Shown here: piece by piece, positions 29,028 to 37,851 of the stretch | Position numbering within the stretch: the first letter of the stretch is position 1 | Layout of the letters: each line of letters starts with the position of its first letter | Source: Planctomycetota bacterium | Lineage (GTDB): Bacteria > Planctomycetota > SZUA-567 > H5-PLA8 | DNA: 64,000 nt | Direction: 5' to 3' | Assembly (NCBI GenBank): GCA_038227875.1 | Contig: JBBRPR010000007.1 | Location: 32,001-96,000, forward strand | Made by a program: the position numbers and the translations under genes | Notes under the pieces: model-generated | The model's database searches: none | What the model was told of the DNA's origin: nothing | The model's input: the letters and a program-made list of their open reading frames with translations, nothing else

Positions 29028-29606
29028 TCACGCCACCGCAAACGTACAGCCTGTCCCTGGCGTGTTATCCCAGTCCACGAGATGGTTGTCTACGCCGACG
29101 TTGGACGACGCTTGCGCCAACGCGATGTCATTGTCCATCTCGGCATATACGCTGAATGTCTGGCCTGCGCTGGCGACGACTTGGCCGGTGTCGTATAGAA
29201 CCGTCCCGGTCGCCGGCGTGATGGCACTGGCGAAAGCGGTGCCGCCTGTCACATGCGCGAAGTCGAGCGCAGGCGTGGGAGTCAGCCAGTAAAGAGAGTA
29301 GGCCGACGGCGTGCCGCCAAACGCGCTAGTGTTCACCTGAAACCATATCTCTTTGCCCACATCCCCGGAGCCGGCCGTGAAACTCCAGATGCTGCGGTCT
29401 AGCTTGATGGTCGCGCTGTTGTGCTCCCAGCCCATCTTCAACGGCGTGGTGTATGTGCCGTCAGATGCGAAGTTCCAGCCACCAGAATAGGTGTAGTTGC
29501 GAAGTACACCCTGAAAGCTCGTTGTGATTGGGACTGGAACAGGGGTGATCGGCGAGCGCGCATACGTTCGCGGTCCCCAAAATGCCATCGCGTAGCCGCC
29601 AGCCAT
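29028..29606 (-). CDS. Hypothetical beta-rich protein, possibly virion-associated
   Basis: 192 aa rich in T/G/S/aromatic residues; last gene of the packaging operon, coupled to the upstream gene by TGATG. Confidence 0.65.
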   Translation of the reverse strand: MAGGYAMAFWGPRTYARSPITPVPVPITTSFQGVLRNYTYSGGWNFASDGTYTTPLKMGWEHNSATIKLDRSIWSFTAGSGDVGKEIWFQVNTSAFGGTPSAYSLYWLTPTPALDFAHVTGGTAFASAITPATGTVLYDTGQVVASAGQTFSVYAEMDNDIALAQASSNVGVDNHLVDWDNTPGTGCTFAVA

Positions 29607-29800
29607 CAGTTTAGTTCCGCCCGTAGATTTATCGCGTCGATTCTCTCGTTAATGGTGTCGATATTCTTCTGCTCAAGTGGCGAGACTGGACGCCCTTCGT
29701 TTCGCGCAGCATCGCGCATGGCCGCAATACACATCTGCATGAGTCGCAGTGCTTGGGCACGAGGGAGATCTTCAGTCTTGAAAGTTTTCGGGCCAGCCAT
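29606..29800 (-). CDS. Hypothetical protein (element)
   Basis: 64-aa ORF in a tightly packed operon, GGAG upstream. Confidence 0.6.
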   Translation of the reverse strand: MAGPKTFKTEDLPRAQALRLMQMCIAAMRDAARNEGRPVSPLEQKNIDTINERIDAINLRAELN

Positions 29801-29802
29801 TT

Positions 29803-29952
29803 TTATTTACTCCATCGCCATCTGCGCGTTGCCGTCGTTCGACACTTCGGACAATCCGTCTTTTCAAGGTCGCGGCGGGCCTTCGCTGCGTCGCCAAATG
29901 TCGTGTGCTGCGCGGAATGTCCGCAACGGTGTTTAGCTACGATGCGTGCCAT
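29803..29952 (-). CDS. Small zinc-ribbon-like protein
   Basis: MARIVAKHRCGH...DCPKC; starts immediately after the TerL stop. Confidence 0.55.
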   Translation of the reverse strand: MARIVAKHRCGHSAQHTTFGDAAKARRDLEKTDCPKCRTTATRRWRWSK

Positions 29953-29953
29953 A

Positions 29954-31234
29954 TTAGTACCAGCTCCGTGCTGGCCGATCGGTGGGCACACTTACCCAGC
30001 CTTCCTTACGTGCGAATGCTGCCATCGAGAGCGCCGACACAAGATTGTCCGGCTCTCCGTGGTAGCGCCAGATTCCGCCCTTGTACTCACATTTGTAGTT
30101 CCGCATTTCTTCGAGCAGATTGGTCAAGCATTCCGGCACGCTGATTTCCTGCCGTTCGATGATCAGCGCCAGGGCTTCGACAATGGCGGTTTTATTCTGC
30201 CACACTTGATAGATAAGCCGGTGTTTCGGGCACGCTGCTTTGTAGAGCTTCAAATACTCGTCGCCCTTGCCCTTTGCCGGCGCGCCGCCGCCGGTCGCGT
30301 CGAGTACGACCAGCGCATCGCCCCATTGCCGCGCCAGCGTGCCTACGCGTTTAGCCTGTACCGCGTGCTCCATGCCGAGCGGAAATATCTCGGTGTACTC
30401 AATCACGCCGGTTTCGATGTTGAGCACGACCACGGCAGACGGGTCGCGCGTCTTGCCTATGTCACAGCCGATGACGAAACAACCGGGGCGGGCTTCCAGC
30501 GCCTCACCGCGGATAATCCGGTCGATCTGCGAGCCGGGGAAACAGGTATCGGGCGCGTCGCCTTTGAGCGTTCCCTCCCATTCGAGTTCAAATCTCCATT
30601 TTACGGTTTGAGATTTTGCGATCTCTAATTCCAGCTTGCCGCGCTCCGTCATGAACGCCGGGCCCATGCGCGAGGGGATGAGCCAGCTTTTGTAGCGCGG
30701 CGCGCCGAAGTCCACGGGGTTCGATTCCGTGCCGGGTTCCGCCTGCCCCGGCGCGAAGTAGCCTTTTGCGTACCATGAACCGGGGCGCATCTGGCCGAGC
30801 ATTAATATACGTCCCTGCGTCGCGCCGATGACGGGGCGGATCACGCTTTCATAGTCGTCTTGGGACACGTCTTGAATTTCGTCGATGATCACCAGATGAC
30901 AGCCCTTTGAGCGAATATTTTTAGCGCGTTCAAGTGAGCGGAATTCGGCTTTGGATCCATTTTTGAAGAATATGCGCGTGGGTCGCGTGAGCGTTTTTTC
31001 AACGTGCTGCTCGATGCCTTCAACCTTCCAGAATGCTTCAAGTATTTCTGTCTCTTGGCTGCTCGTCGGCGTGGCAATCAAAGTCTTACCCCCACGCCGG
31101 CGATGCAAGCTTTGAACAATGATTTCATCAGCGGCAACATAGCTCTTACCCAGCTTGCGCCCACCTGCGAGCAAACGGAATCGCGCCGGGCTGAAAATGA
31201 TTTCTTCCTGCCAATCGCTAAGACATAATTCCAC
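29954..31234 (-). CDS. Phage terminase large subunit (Terminase_6-like)
   Basis: LSDWQ Q-motif, Walker A GGRKLGKS, Walker B LVIIDE, RNase H-like GCDIGKTRDPSA, VLDATG and PDNLVSAL. Confidence 0.9.
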   Translation of the reverse strand: MELCLSDWQEEIIFSPARFRLLAGGRKLGKSYVAADEIIVQSLHRRRGGKTLIATPTSSQETEILEAFWKVEGIEQHVEKTLTRPTRIFFKNGSKAEFRSLERAKNIRSKGCHLVIIDEIQDVSQDDYESVIRPVIGATQGRILMLGQMRPGSWYAKGYFAPGQAEPGTESNPVDFGAPRYKSWLIPSRMGPAFMTERGKLELEIAKSQTVKWRFELEWEGTLKGDAPDTCFPGSQIDRIIRGEALEARPGCFVIGCDIGKTRDPSAVVVLNIETGVIEYTEIFPLGMEHAVQAKRVGTLARQWGDALVVLDATGGGAPAKGKGDEYLKLYKAACPKHRLIYQVWQNKTAIVEALALIIERQEISVPECLTNLLEEMRNYKCEYKGGIWRYHGEPDNLVSALSMAAFARKEGWVSVPTDRPARSWY

Positions 31235-31237
31235 ATG

Positions 31238-31561
31238 CTAGGTTCCAAGTAGTTGAGCCGTGCCCGGCCGCACAATTTTCAGTTCAGCAATGGCGGGCTT
31301 TTCGTCGACTACTTCCGGCGTGTCGGACTGCCCCAGCTCATTCTTCCCGAGCCATATCAACAGCGCCGGGTTGCCCTTTTTCGCTGACTCCCATTGCAGC
31401 TCGAGCAGCGCGATACGACGCAGCGCCCGAGCCTTCTTGACGATTTCAGGGAATCCCCGGCGGATTGTCGTCTCGTCAACGCCCAGCGCGTCGGCAATCA
31501 TCACGTTGGAAGCGCCGGCGGTTGCCATGCGTTCGACTTCGGCGGGGTCAAGGTTCTTCAT
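31238..31561 (-). CDS. Probable terminase small subunit (HTH)
   Basis: HTH SNVMIADALGVDETTIRR, then QWESAKKGNPALLIWLGKNELGQSD, typical of the gene that precedes TerL. Confidence 0.75.
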   Translation of the reverse strand: MKNLDPAEVERMATAGASNVMIADALGVDETTIRRGFPEIVKKARALRRIALLELQWESAKKGNPALLIWLGKNELGQSDTPEVVDEKPAIAELKIVRPGTAQLLGT

Positions 31562-31654
31562 GTTGCAGCGCTCCAGATTTGCGCCGCCCGCGCGCCGCCC
31601 TAAGATGACAGCGCGCAGACGGTTCGGACCCCGCACACATGCGGTGCCCTATCT

Positions 31655-31942
31655 TTAAGCCTTGCGAGGACCACAGAAGGCTTGCATCCGGGCATAGAGC
31701 GCCGCGTCGCTGGCGTTGATTGGAACGGCGGTCGGCACGTCCAGATTTTTGCCACCGGGCGCCGTCGGGGAGTCCATGCCGCTGGGTTCTGCCGATGGCG
31801 TGACGATCCTGCCGCCGCCGGGCGGGATCGGTGTCGGAGCGCTGCCTGCTGAAGACTTGCGAACTTCAGCGAACACTGCCGCCATCATTGCCGGAAAGGG
31901 TGCTGGCGGCTGCCGGGATGCTTCCGTTGCTGACTGGTACAT
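31655..31942 (-). CDS. Hypothetical Pro-rich protein
   Basis: Strong SD GGAGGAG before ATG 31942; overlaps the 3' end of the portal ORF. Confidence 0.6.
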   Translation of the reverse strand: MYQSATEASRQPPAPFPAMMAAVFAEVRKSSAGSAPTPIPPGGGRIVTPSAEPSGMDSPTAPGGKNLDVPTAVPINASDAALYARMQAFCGPRKA

Positions 31943-33389
31943 TTGGGACTCCTCCGTTTGTGGTTACCGTTGCCGTCGCGGTCAATTGCCGCTCAAGGGT
32001 CTTGCGTTCGGTCTCCGTCATGCGGGGTAGGTACGCATTGCAGAGTTTCCGAATTGCCGCCGTGCGCGCGATGGCGGGCACGGGCAGCGCCAGGAATTCG
32101 GCACACTCGCCCAGCGCCTGACCTACGTTTTCGCTGTCGGGATCGTTCAAGCCGCACAGACGCGGATCTAGCTGTTGCTCGCCACGGGCGGCCGCCAGCA
32201 TGTTGATAGCGCGTTCGATTCCATCGCTGGCGGGCATAGAGAACAGGCTTAACAGAATTTCTTTCGGTGCCTGATCGAGCGCCTTGGCTTTCGCCGACTG
32301 CACAGGATTTTGAATCAGCGAAGCGGAGTGCTGCGCGAGATTAGACACGATTTTGTCGAAATTTCCGCGGAGGTCATCGCATGCGACCTTCAGCGCCGTG
32401 AACAGGTCGCCGGATGGCGTTGCAAATTTAAAGTCTCCGCCAATTCCCGGTGTCAAAACGGAAAGCTCATTGAGCATCAGTTGAGCGATGTCGGTTTTTT
32501 CCGTTAGCAAAATCGGCAAGCCAAGCGCCGACGTTTCCAGCGTGAACGCGCGCGCCGATTCTAGATTGAACAATCCGCGAGCCGTGGGAAGTAATCGGTC
32601 GGCAAGGGAGAAGTTCGCGGTACACGCAACCACGGGGCACACGCCGAAAATATTGGGCTTCACGACCAGCGACGCGACGGCATCTTTGGGCCATTCAGCC
32701 GAAAGAAATACGCTCGTGGGCTGCGGCCGCATCGCGGTGTAAGAATAAATCGAATCGGCGCAATAGTACGTCCATGTGTGCCGCTCAAGGCAAAGAGCAG
32801 AAACCGGCGACGGGTACTCCAGGTCGATTGTGTGCGCGCGGATCCAGTCCAACCGCCCGTTGGTTTCCTGCCAGCGGTCCACGGTTTCGCCGGGGATGTT
32901 AACGAAATTTCCGTCGAGTCGCCCGCGTCCCTTTGCGGCTGCCAGGGTTTCGCCGGGGAAGCCGTCAAGGGCGGGCATTTCCACGAGCAGATAAGCGCGC
33001 CGGAATTTCAACAGGTCTAGAATAATATTCTGGATAACTACGGTGCAATCGTTGCCGCGTCCGTCGCAGTCAGTATTAAGCGCCGTCCAGAATGCTGCGC
33101 GGTCGTCGCTGGCGTCGCTCACATCGAAGCAAGGTTCATCGCCGACGATTTCCGCCGCGATTGCATCCAGCTGCGGTCCAAGATAATTGTTGTAGATCGT
33201 CGACAACAGCCGGGAGCGTTGATAACCGGCGTTACTGTCGGAACTGCGCGGCTTCAAGTACAGGTGCTTCCTCGCGTCCATGCGAGCGCCACCGGCATAA
33301 AAATCGCCAATCTCAGTCAATAGCGCGGGGTCATAATCGGGATGCGTCGGCATCAGCATTTTGACCGGAACGGCTTGCGGAAAGTTCAT
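31866..33389 (-). CDS. Phage portal protein (DUF4055-like)
   Basis: 507 aa. The N-terminus HPDYD...YAGG..M.....YL.P...S...Y...RL...IYNNY resembles DUF4055-type portals, as does SAKAKALD. Confidence 0.75.
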   Translation of the reverse strand: MNFPQAVPVKMLMPTHPDYDPALLTEIGDFYAGGARMDARKHLYLKPRSSDSNAGYQRSRLLSTIYNNYLGPQLDAIAAEIVGDEPCFDVSDASDDRAAFWTALNTDCDGRGNDCTVVIQNIILDLLKFRRAYLLVEMPALDGFPGETLAAAKGRGRLDGNFVNIPGETVDRWQETNGRLDWIRAHTIDLEYPSPVSALCLERHTWTYYCADSIYSYTAMRPQPTSVFLSAEWPKDAVASLVVKPNIFGVCPVVACTANFSLADRLLPTARGLFNLESARAFTLETSALGLPILLTEKTDIAQLMLNELSVLTPGIGGDFKFATPSGDLFTALKVACDDLRGNFDKIVSNLAQHSASLIQNPVQSAKAKALDQAPKEILLSLFSMPASDGIERAINMLAAARGEQQLDPRLCGLNDPDSENVGQALGECAEFLALPVPAIARTAAIRKLCNAYLPRMTETERKTLERQLTATATVTTNGGVPNVPVSNGSIPAAASTLSGNDGGSVR

Positions 33390-33925
33390 TGTGCGACAGC
33401 CTCAACGGGTTCGGCCTGCGGTTCCAGAATGTCTTTGAAGTCGGCGAAGATGTCGGTGGCCACGGTCATGATTTCGCCTGCGGACTGCGTTTCCATGAGC
33501 CGCGAGCCGGTCATGACGATGGTATTCAAGCGCAGTTCGGGACCAGCCTGCAGCGCGTTAAGTTCAGCGGTCGCATCCACGATTTTAAGCTGCATCTCTT
33601 TTCGCATCCCCTCGAGCCTGCCGCCGATGGTCTTGGACGCGGTGTTGAGACGCGCGGCCAGTTTGTTTCGGAATTCAATAGCGGCAGCGGTGACCAGTGT
33701 CCGGACGTGTGGCAGCGTGGCGTCAATTTCTGCGAGCCGCTGACGGTCCGCGTCTGACTTTTTATCGCGCTTCGGCGGATCGTCGCCGGCCATGAGCGCC
33801 ACCGCGCGTTCCTTGGCTGCGGCATCGTCGCGCAGCACCAGGTCTGTGCGCAGCGTTTCGGCTTCCGCCTCCATCATGCGGAGTCGATTGCATTTCACCG
33901 TGAGTTCGTCGAATAGTTCACGCAT
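33386..33925 (-). CDS. Hypothetical coiled-coil protein
   Basis: 179 aa, helical; ATGA overlap with the portal gene. Confidence 0.65.
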   Translation of the reverse strand: MRELFDELTVKCNRLRMMEAEAETLRTDLVLRDDAAAKERAVALMAGDDPPKRDKKSDADRQRLAEIDATLPHVRTLVTAAAIEFRNKLAARLNTASKTIGGRLEGMRKEMQLKIVDATAELNALQAGPELRLNTIVMTGSRLMETQSAGEIMTVATDIFADFKDILEPQAEPVEAVAQ

Positions 33926-34391
33926 TCTTGAAAGCCTCCGCGACGGCTTTGTCGAGTTCCTGCATCAGCTTGGCATGGTTCGCGGTCGTCGCGACGGCCC
34001 GCGCTGCCAAGCAATCGTCGGCGTCCTGCTTCCGGCATACGGCTTCTTCCGCAATCGTGGCGATGCGCCAGCGTCCGTCCACGGCTGCCTCCACGTGGGT
34101 GAGATTGCCCGGCGTCGCATATGCGCGATCGGTGTCCGGGTGACCCACGGTGCCGCCGGGGATGCGCGGCCAGACGTGGTGCCGCGGCTTAGTGCGGAAA
34201 ATGAGGCAGAATTCCAGCGGGTCGCGTTTGCCTGCCGCGACGTTGCGGTCGAAAATCGTGCGGACGATTCCGAAGAGAACTTTGTTGTATGCGGGCAGAC
34301 TTTGCGGCGTGAGCACGTTGCCGGCCGCGTCGCGCATGTTTTCGATGCCTGGCTTGAATGGATCGAAAATCAAATATCCTTGTGCGGGCAT
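33918..34391 (-). CDS. Hypothetical protein (element)
   Basis: ATG 34391 after GGAGG; overlaps the next gene. Confidence 0.65.
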   Translation of the reverse strand: MPAQGYLIFDPFKPGIENMRDAAGNVLTPQSLPAYNKVLFGIVRTIFDRNVAAGKRDPLEFCLIFRTKPRHHVWPRIPGGTVGHPDTDRAYATPGNLTHVEAAVDGRWRIATIAEEAVCRKQDADDCLAARAVATTANHAKLMQELDKAVAEAFKNA

Positions 34392-34392
34392 T

Positions 34393-34575
34393 CTACTTTC
34401 CTCCAGTGGGGTTAGGCAGCGCGTTCGCGCCCAGGTACTCGTCAAACGGAATCAAAACTGCAACAGGGCGTCCGTTTTTGAGAATTATGATTTTGCCACC
34501 GTTTTCACAATGCTGAACGTGTGAGCAAAGTCTTCGTCGTGCTTCGCGTAAACTGTCTTCTCTCAAAAGCGCCAT
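34393..34575 (-). CDS. Phd/YefM-type antitoxin-like DNA-binding protein
   Basis: SLREARRRLCSHVQHCENGGKIIILKNGRPVAVLIPFDEY; SD GGGAGG. Confidence 0.75.
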   Translation of the reverse strand: MALLREDSLREARRRLCSHVQHCENGGKIIILKNGRPVAVLIPFDEYLGANALPNPTGGK

Positions 34576-34873
34576 CGTCTATCCCTCCCTAAATAATGCG
34601 TGTACACACTTCGCTTTCTCAACTCTTTTTTAGGAAATTCGGCGTTTATTTCTGAAATGACTGAAATATCGCTACAAACGGACGCCATTGAGTTCGAATC
34701 GCTGAATGGCACTAATTCACGTTTCGGGCTTTTGAACGCTGCCACGTGCGACGGGTGAAGGCTTTTGGGTCCTAAAACGTAGCCGGTGCGCAATTGCGGG
34801 ACATTCGGACCCTCTTTTGTTTAAGGGGGCACGCACGATGCGCCCTCGCCGGCCGGGGCTGGAAAAGGGCTTA

Positions 34874-35173
34874 TCACTCCGCGACACCAGCCAGGTCCCG
34901 TAGCTGCGGTTCGTTCGCCGTCGTCCTCACTGCCTTGCGCGGCGTCACGATCACCAGCTTCGTCAAGTCCACGCTCAGCGGTGCCGTGCCGACGCGGACC
35001 AGTTGCATCCAGCCAGCGCAGCGTTCAGCCTCACGTGTCGCCTCCGCCTGCGTTGCGTAGGACTGCGATAGCACCTCGATTGAATCGTCTTGCTTGAGTA
35101 TCATCACCGCCCAGCGGATAGCCTCGCCGATGCGTGGTGTGGCGGTGTTGTCTTCCAGTGTCTTCGTGAGCAT
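34874..35173 (-). CDS. Hypothetical protein (element)
   Basis: 99 aa, strong SD AGGAGGAAGG. Confidence 0.65.
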   Translation of the reverse strand: MLTKTLEDNTATPRIGEAIRWAVMILKQDDSIEVLSQSYATQAEATREAERCAGWMQLVRVGTAPLSVDLTKLVIVTPRKAVRTTANEPQLRDLAGVAE

Positions 35174-35205
35174 TGCGCCTTCCTCCTTGACCCTCGACAG
35201 ACACC

Positions 35206-35385
35206 GTCACGGCTTGCCTTATAAGCCGTGTGTGTGTCTAGTCTCCGAGCCCGTGACAGTCTCCCGTGACAGTCATCACGGTCTCAACTAACTGCTTTCC
35301 AGTAGCGGATTAACGGATTTGTGCCCTTCCGTGACAGTGTCTCGCTTTTGATGTCCGGCCGTGACAGTGTCGCCATCACGGTCTC
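35206..35385. repeat. Iteron-like repeat cluster, putative element replication origin
   Basis: CCGTGACAGT at 35251, 35264, 35329 and 35359; CATCACGGTCTC at 35274 and 35374; inverted GTCACGG at 35206. Confidence 0.7.
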
Positions 35386-36774
35386 TCGGACGGCGTTTTC
35401 GCCTCGTTTTGTGACTGCCCTAACCTTCGCTACAATCTCGTTGCGCGTCATGGGATGCGTCATTACGGCGCGAACGTCGTCCTCTGAAATTGGTAGCTTT
35501 GCGTTCGGATTGTTCGGCTTTTTCAGCGCTTCCGGATTAAGCGAGCTATCAATATCGAACACCGGATAGTTCCAGCGTAGGACCGTCGGCGGGATCGGCG
35601 GGAAGTCGCGGACAATGCATTCCAGCGCAACACAGTCTTCTTCCTCGTGCTCGGTCAACGTGATGATGCAATCGCCGTCACGCCCGATAACGCCGGACCC
35701 TGACGAGCGGTCTAGAGCCTTTTTCCCGGCTGCATTGCCCTTGGCAAAATGATGCGCGACGAGATATGCAGCGCCGGCCGATTCCGCGATGGATTCCAGG
35801 CGGTTGAGTAGGTCACCCATTTCGGACGCGTCGTTTTCACTGCGGCCATTGGTCAATTTATAGAGCGGATCGAAAATCAGTAACGCGTAGTCGCCGGATT
35901 TGAGCCGCTGATACAACTCCCGCTCTAGCTGCTCAATCGTAATTTTCTTACCACGCAGGTGCCAGACTGTAAACATGCCCGGGGCGAGCGTGATTCCGCG
36001 GTGATGGCAAATGTCCTGCAGTCGTTTTTGGAACGAATACCGACTGAGTTCAAGATTGATATAGAGCACTTTCCCGCGCGCTGTTTTCCTGTCCATCCAC
36101 GGCGCGCCGTCGCAAATACTCACGCCCACGTCCATCTGAAAGAAAGTCTTCTTGCCCTTCGAATCAGCCGACATTGTTACCTTTGAGCCTTTAAAACACA
36201 TACCTTCGATCAGTTCATCCGGACGCACGGCGACGGCTGTCTGCAGGTCCGCGCCGTCCTCGAAGTCTGGAAGTGGACCAATTGGTCCACTTTCTCCCAT
36301 ATCGTCGACTTCAACCTCGCCGGGATTGTCAGGTGTACGGTCCCGTACACCTGCCGATTCCTTCGGCCCTCGATACTTCACGCCCGAACCTAGTTGAATC
36401 GTCGCGCCGGCGGCCTTCGCGCGCTTAACCAGGGTGCCGATGCCCAGCTCGCCATTCTGCTTGAACGACTTCCACTTCGCCGCGCATTCACCTTCCTTGT
36501 ATTTCGAACTGGAACTGCTCCAAGATTCCCAAAGCGACAATCCGTCGGCGCCGGGCATCTTCGTCTTAATTATCATCCCGGTTTCGTACCAAGTTTCGTA
36601 ACTATCAGCGTGGGTGCGCAGCGCGTTCAAGCATTGCTCGATAACACGCGTGTCGTCCGAGGCATTTACACAACGTTGTGTAACCTTCGGCGCCGGCTGT
36701 TCAACTGTTGCGCGCGCAACAGTTGATTCATCCACCAGCGGTGGGATGCCGTTCATAATCTCTAATTCGTCCAT
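35284..36774 (-). CDS. PriCT-2 domain + AAA_25 (RepA-like) helicase
   Basis: SYETWYETGM..WESWSSSSSKY..ECAAKWKSF (PriCT-2); P-loop variant ADSKGKKT, VLYINLE, LLIFDPLY, ENDASEM, VAHHFAKG and SGSG; SD AGGAG before ATG 36774. Confidence 0.85.
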   Translation of the reverse strand: MDELEIMNGIPPLVDESTVARATVEQPAPKVTQRCVNASDDTRVIEQCLNALRTHADSYETWYETGMIIKTKMPGADGLSLWESWSSSSSKYKEGECAAKWKSFKQNGELGIGTLVKRAKAAGATIQLGSGVKYRGPKESAGVRDRTPDNPGEVEVDDMGESGPIGPLPDFEDGADLQTAVAVRPDELIEGMCFKGSKVTMSADSKGKKTFFQMDVGVSICDGAPWMDRKTARGKVLYINLELSRYSFQKRLQDICHHRGITLAPGMFTVWHLRGKKITIEQLERELYQRLKSGDYALLIFDPLYKLTNGRSENDASEMGDLLNRLESIAESAGAAYLVAHHFAKGNAAGKKALDRSSGSGVIGRDGDCIITLTEHEEEDCVALECIVRDFPPIPPTVLRWNYPVFDIDSSLNPEALKKPNNPNAKLPISEDDVRAVMTHPMTRNEIVAKVRAVTKRGENAVRETVMATLSRPDIKSETLSRKGTNPLIRYWKAVS

Positions 36775-37313
36775 TCTGTGCGCTCCTGAATATGGCAATA
36801 AACTTCCTGCGGGTCGGATTTGCGATGAATGAAGCCGGGTATGCGCATCACGCGGGGTAAGTCTTTGATTGCGACGTCGGTGCCGTAGAACCGAGCAAGG
36901 CGCTCTTGGCATTCGGTGAACTTGGCGAGCGGACATTGCGTCAACCAATACGCATGCCAGCGCGGAAGTTCTCCCGGTGCTGTATCGCGCCACGTGACGA
37001 CGTTCGGGCATTTGTGCCAAGTCTTCGGCCATTCAACGCCATCGGCATCTACGAATAGCGCGCGCACGCCGGTGATGTTCTCTCGCTTCCTGCCGCGTCC
37101 GTCGGTCTGATTGACGGTGAAGAATATCCCCGCGCCCGCGTTATTCAGCCGGGTGAGTTCGCCGGCCACGTTGCGGAATTTGCCATTGAGCACGCGCACT
37201 AACTCGCGCCGCCCTTTGCCTGCGTCGTCGAAAGTCTGGAATGTGTGATCGGTGCCGAAACAGTCGAGGAAGGTTTCAGCCACGTGCAGGTCAATCGTGG
37301 GGGCGAGAATCAT
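36762..37313 (-). CDS. RepB-like archaeo-eukaryotic primase domain protein
   Basis: FQTFDD, GAGIFFTVN, RALFVDADG, WHAYW and KDLPRVMRIPGFIHRK motifs. Confidence 0.85.
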   Translation of the reverse strand: MILAPTIDLHVAETFLDCFGTDHTFQTFDDAGKGRRELVRVLNGKFRNVAGELTRLNNAGAGIFFTVNQTDGRGRKRENITGVRALFVDADGVEWPKTWHKCPNVVTWRDTAPGELPRWHAYWLTQCPLAKFTECQERLARFYGTDVAIKDLPRVMRIPGFIHRKSDPQEVYCHIQERTEWTN

Positions 37314-37627
37314 GCCGCACCCCGATTCTGAAGCAGAGCGGCCACAGCCTGCCTGTATTGCGATTCCGGCACACCCAGCGCGCGCGCCAGACTATTCAGC
37401 GTCTCCGGCTTCGGTCGCTTGAGCTTCCCGCCCTCCAGCCGCCCGATAGTCACGTGGCTGATGCCGGAACGCGCGGCCAGGGCGGCGACGTCGATACCCT
37501 TCGCGACACGCAGCGCGCGCGGGTCGGGTTGCGTCGTGAGCGCTCCGAGCTGGCGTAGCTTAGCTTCGATGCGCAGGTCGATTAGGCGTTCTAGATTGCC
37601 GAGTACGTCGGGAAGGTCGGCGCTCAT
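37310..37627 (-). CDS. XRE-family HTH regulator
   Basis: LRVAKGIDVAALAARSGISHVTIGRLEGGKLKRPKPETLNSLARALGV. Confidence 0.88.
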   Translation of the reverse strand: MSADLPDVLGNLERLIDLRIEAKLRQLGALTTQPDPRALRVAKGIDVAALAARSGISHVTIGRLEGGKLKRPKPETLNSLARALGVPESQYRQAVAALLQNRGAA

Positions 37628-37806
37628 TTCTGCACCGCCTTACCCAACCGCACGCAAAGATCAGCGACAGCAGCGGCATCCCAAAGGAATGCCGCGCCGC
37701 ATTTGGTGTAGGGTGTTTTCGAGGCTTTTAGGATGACACAGGTTTGATATAGCGGCAGCTCTAAAACCTTTGCCGCTTCTCTTGTGGTTAATCGTATCGT
37801 TCCCAT
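37624..37806 (-). CDS. Small HTH protein, excisionase-like
   Basis: LTTREAAKVLELP..KTPYTKCGAAFLW (HTH_17/Xis-like); ATGA-coupled to the XRE gene. Confidence 0.6.
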   Translation of the reverse strand: MGTIRLTTREAAKVLELPLYQTCVILKASKTPYTKCGAAFLWDAAAVADLCVRLGKAVQK

Positions 37807-37851
37807 TTCAAATGCCCTCAAAAGTCTGAGAGCATTGTTTAATCGCCGTTT

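Noticed and set aside
34563..34793. 76-aa ORF upstream of the Phd-like gene
   Set aside because: TTG start, no motif, AT-rich; more likely the promoter region of the late operon.
36775..37032. N-terminal 86 aa of the 582-aa ORF
   Set aside because: It overlaps the primase gene in another frame and looks non-protein-like; a good SD precedes ATG 36774.
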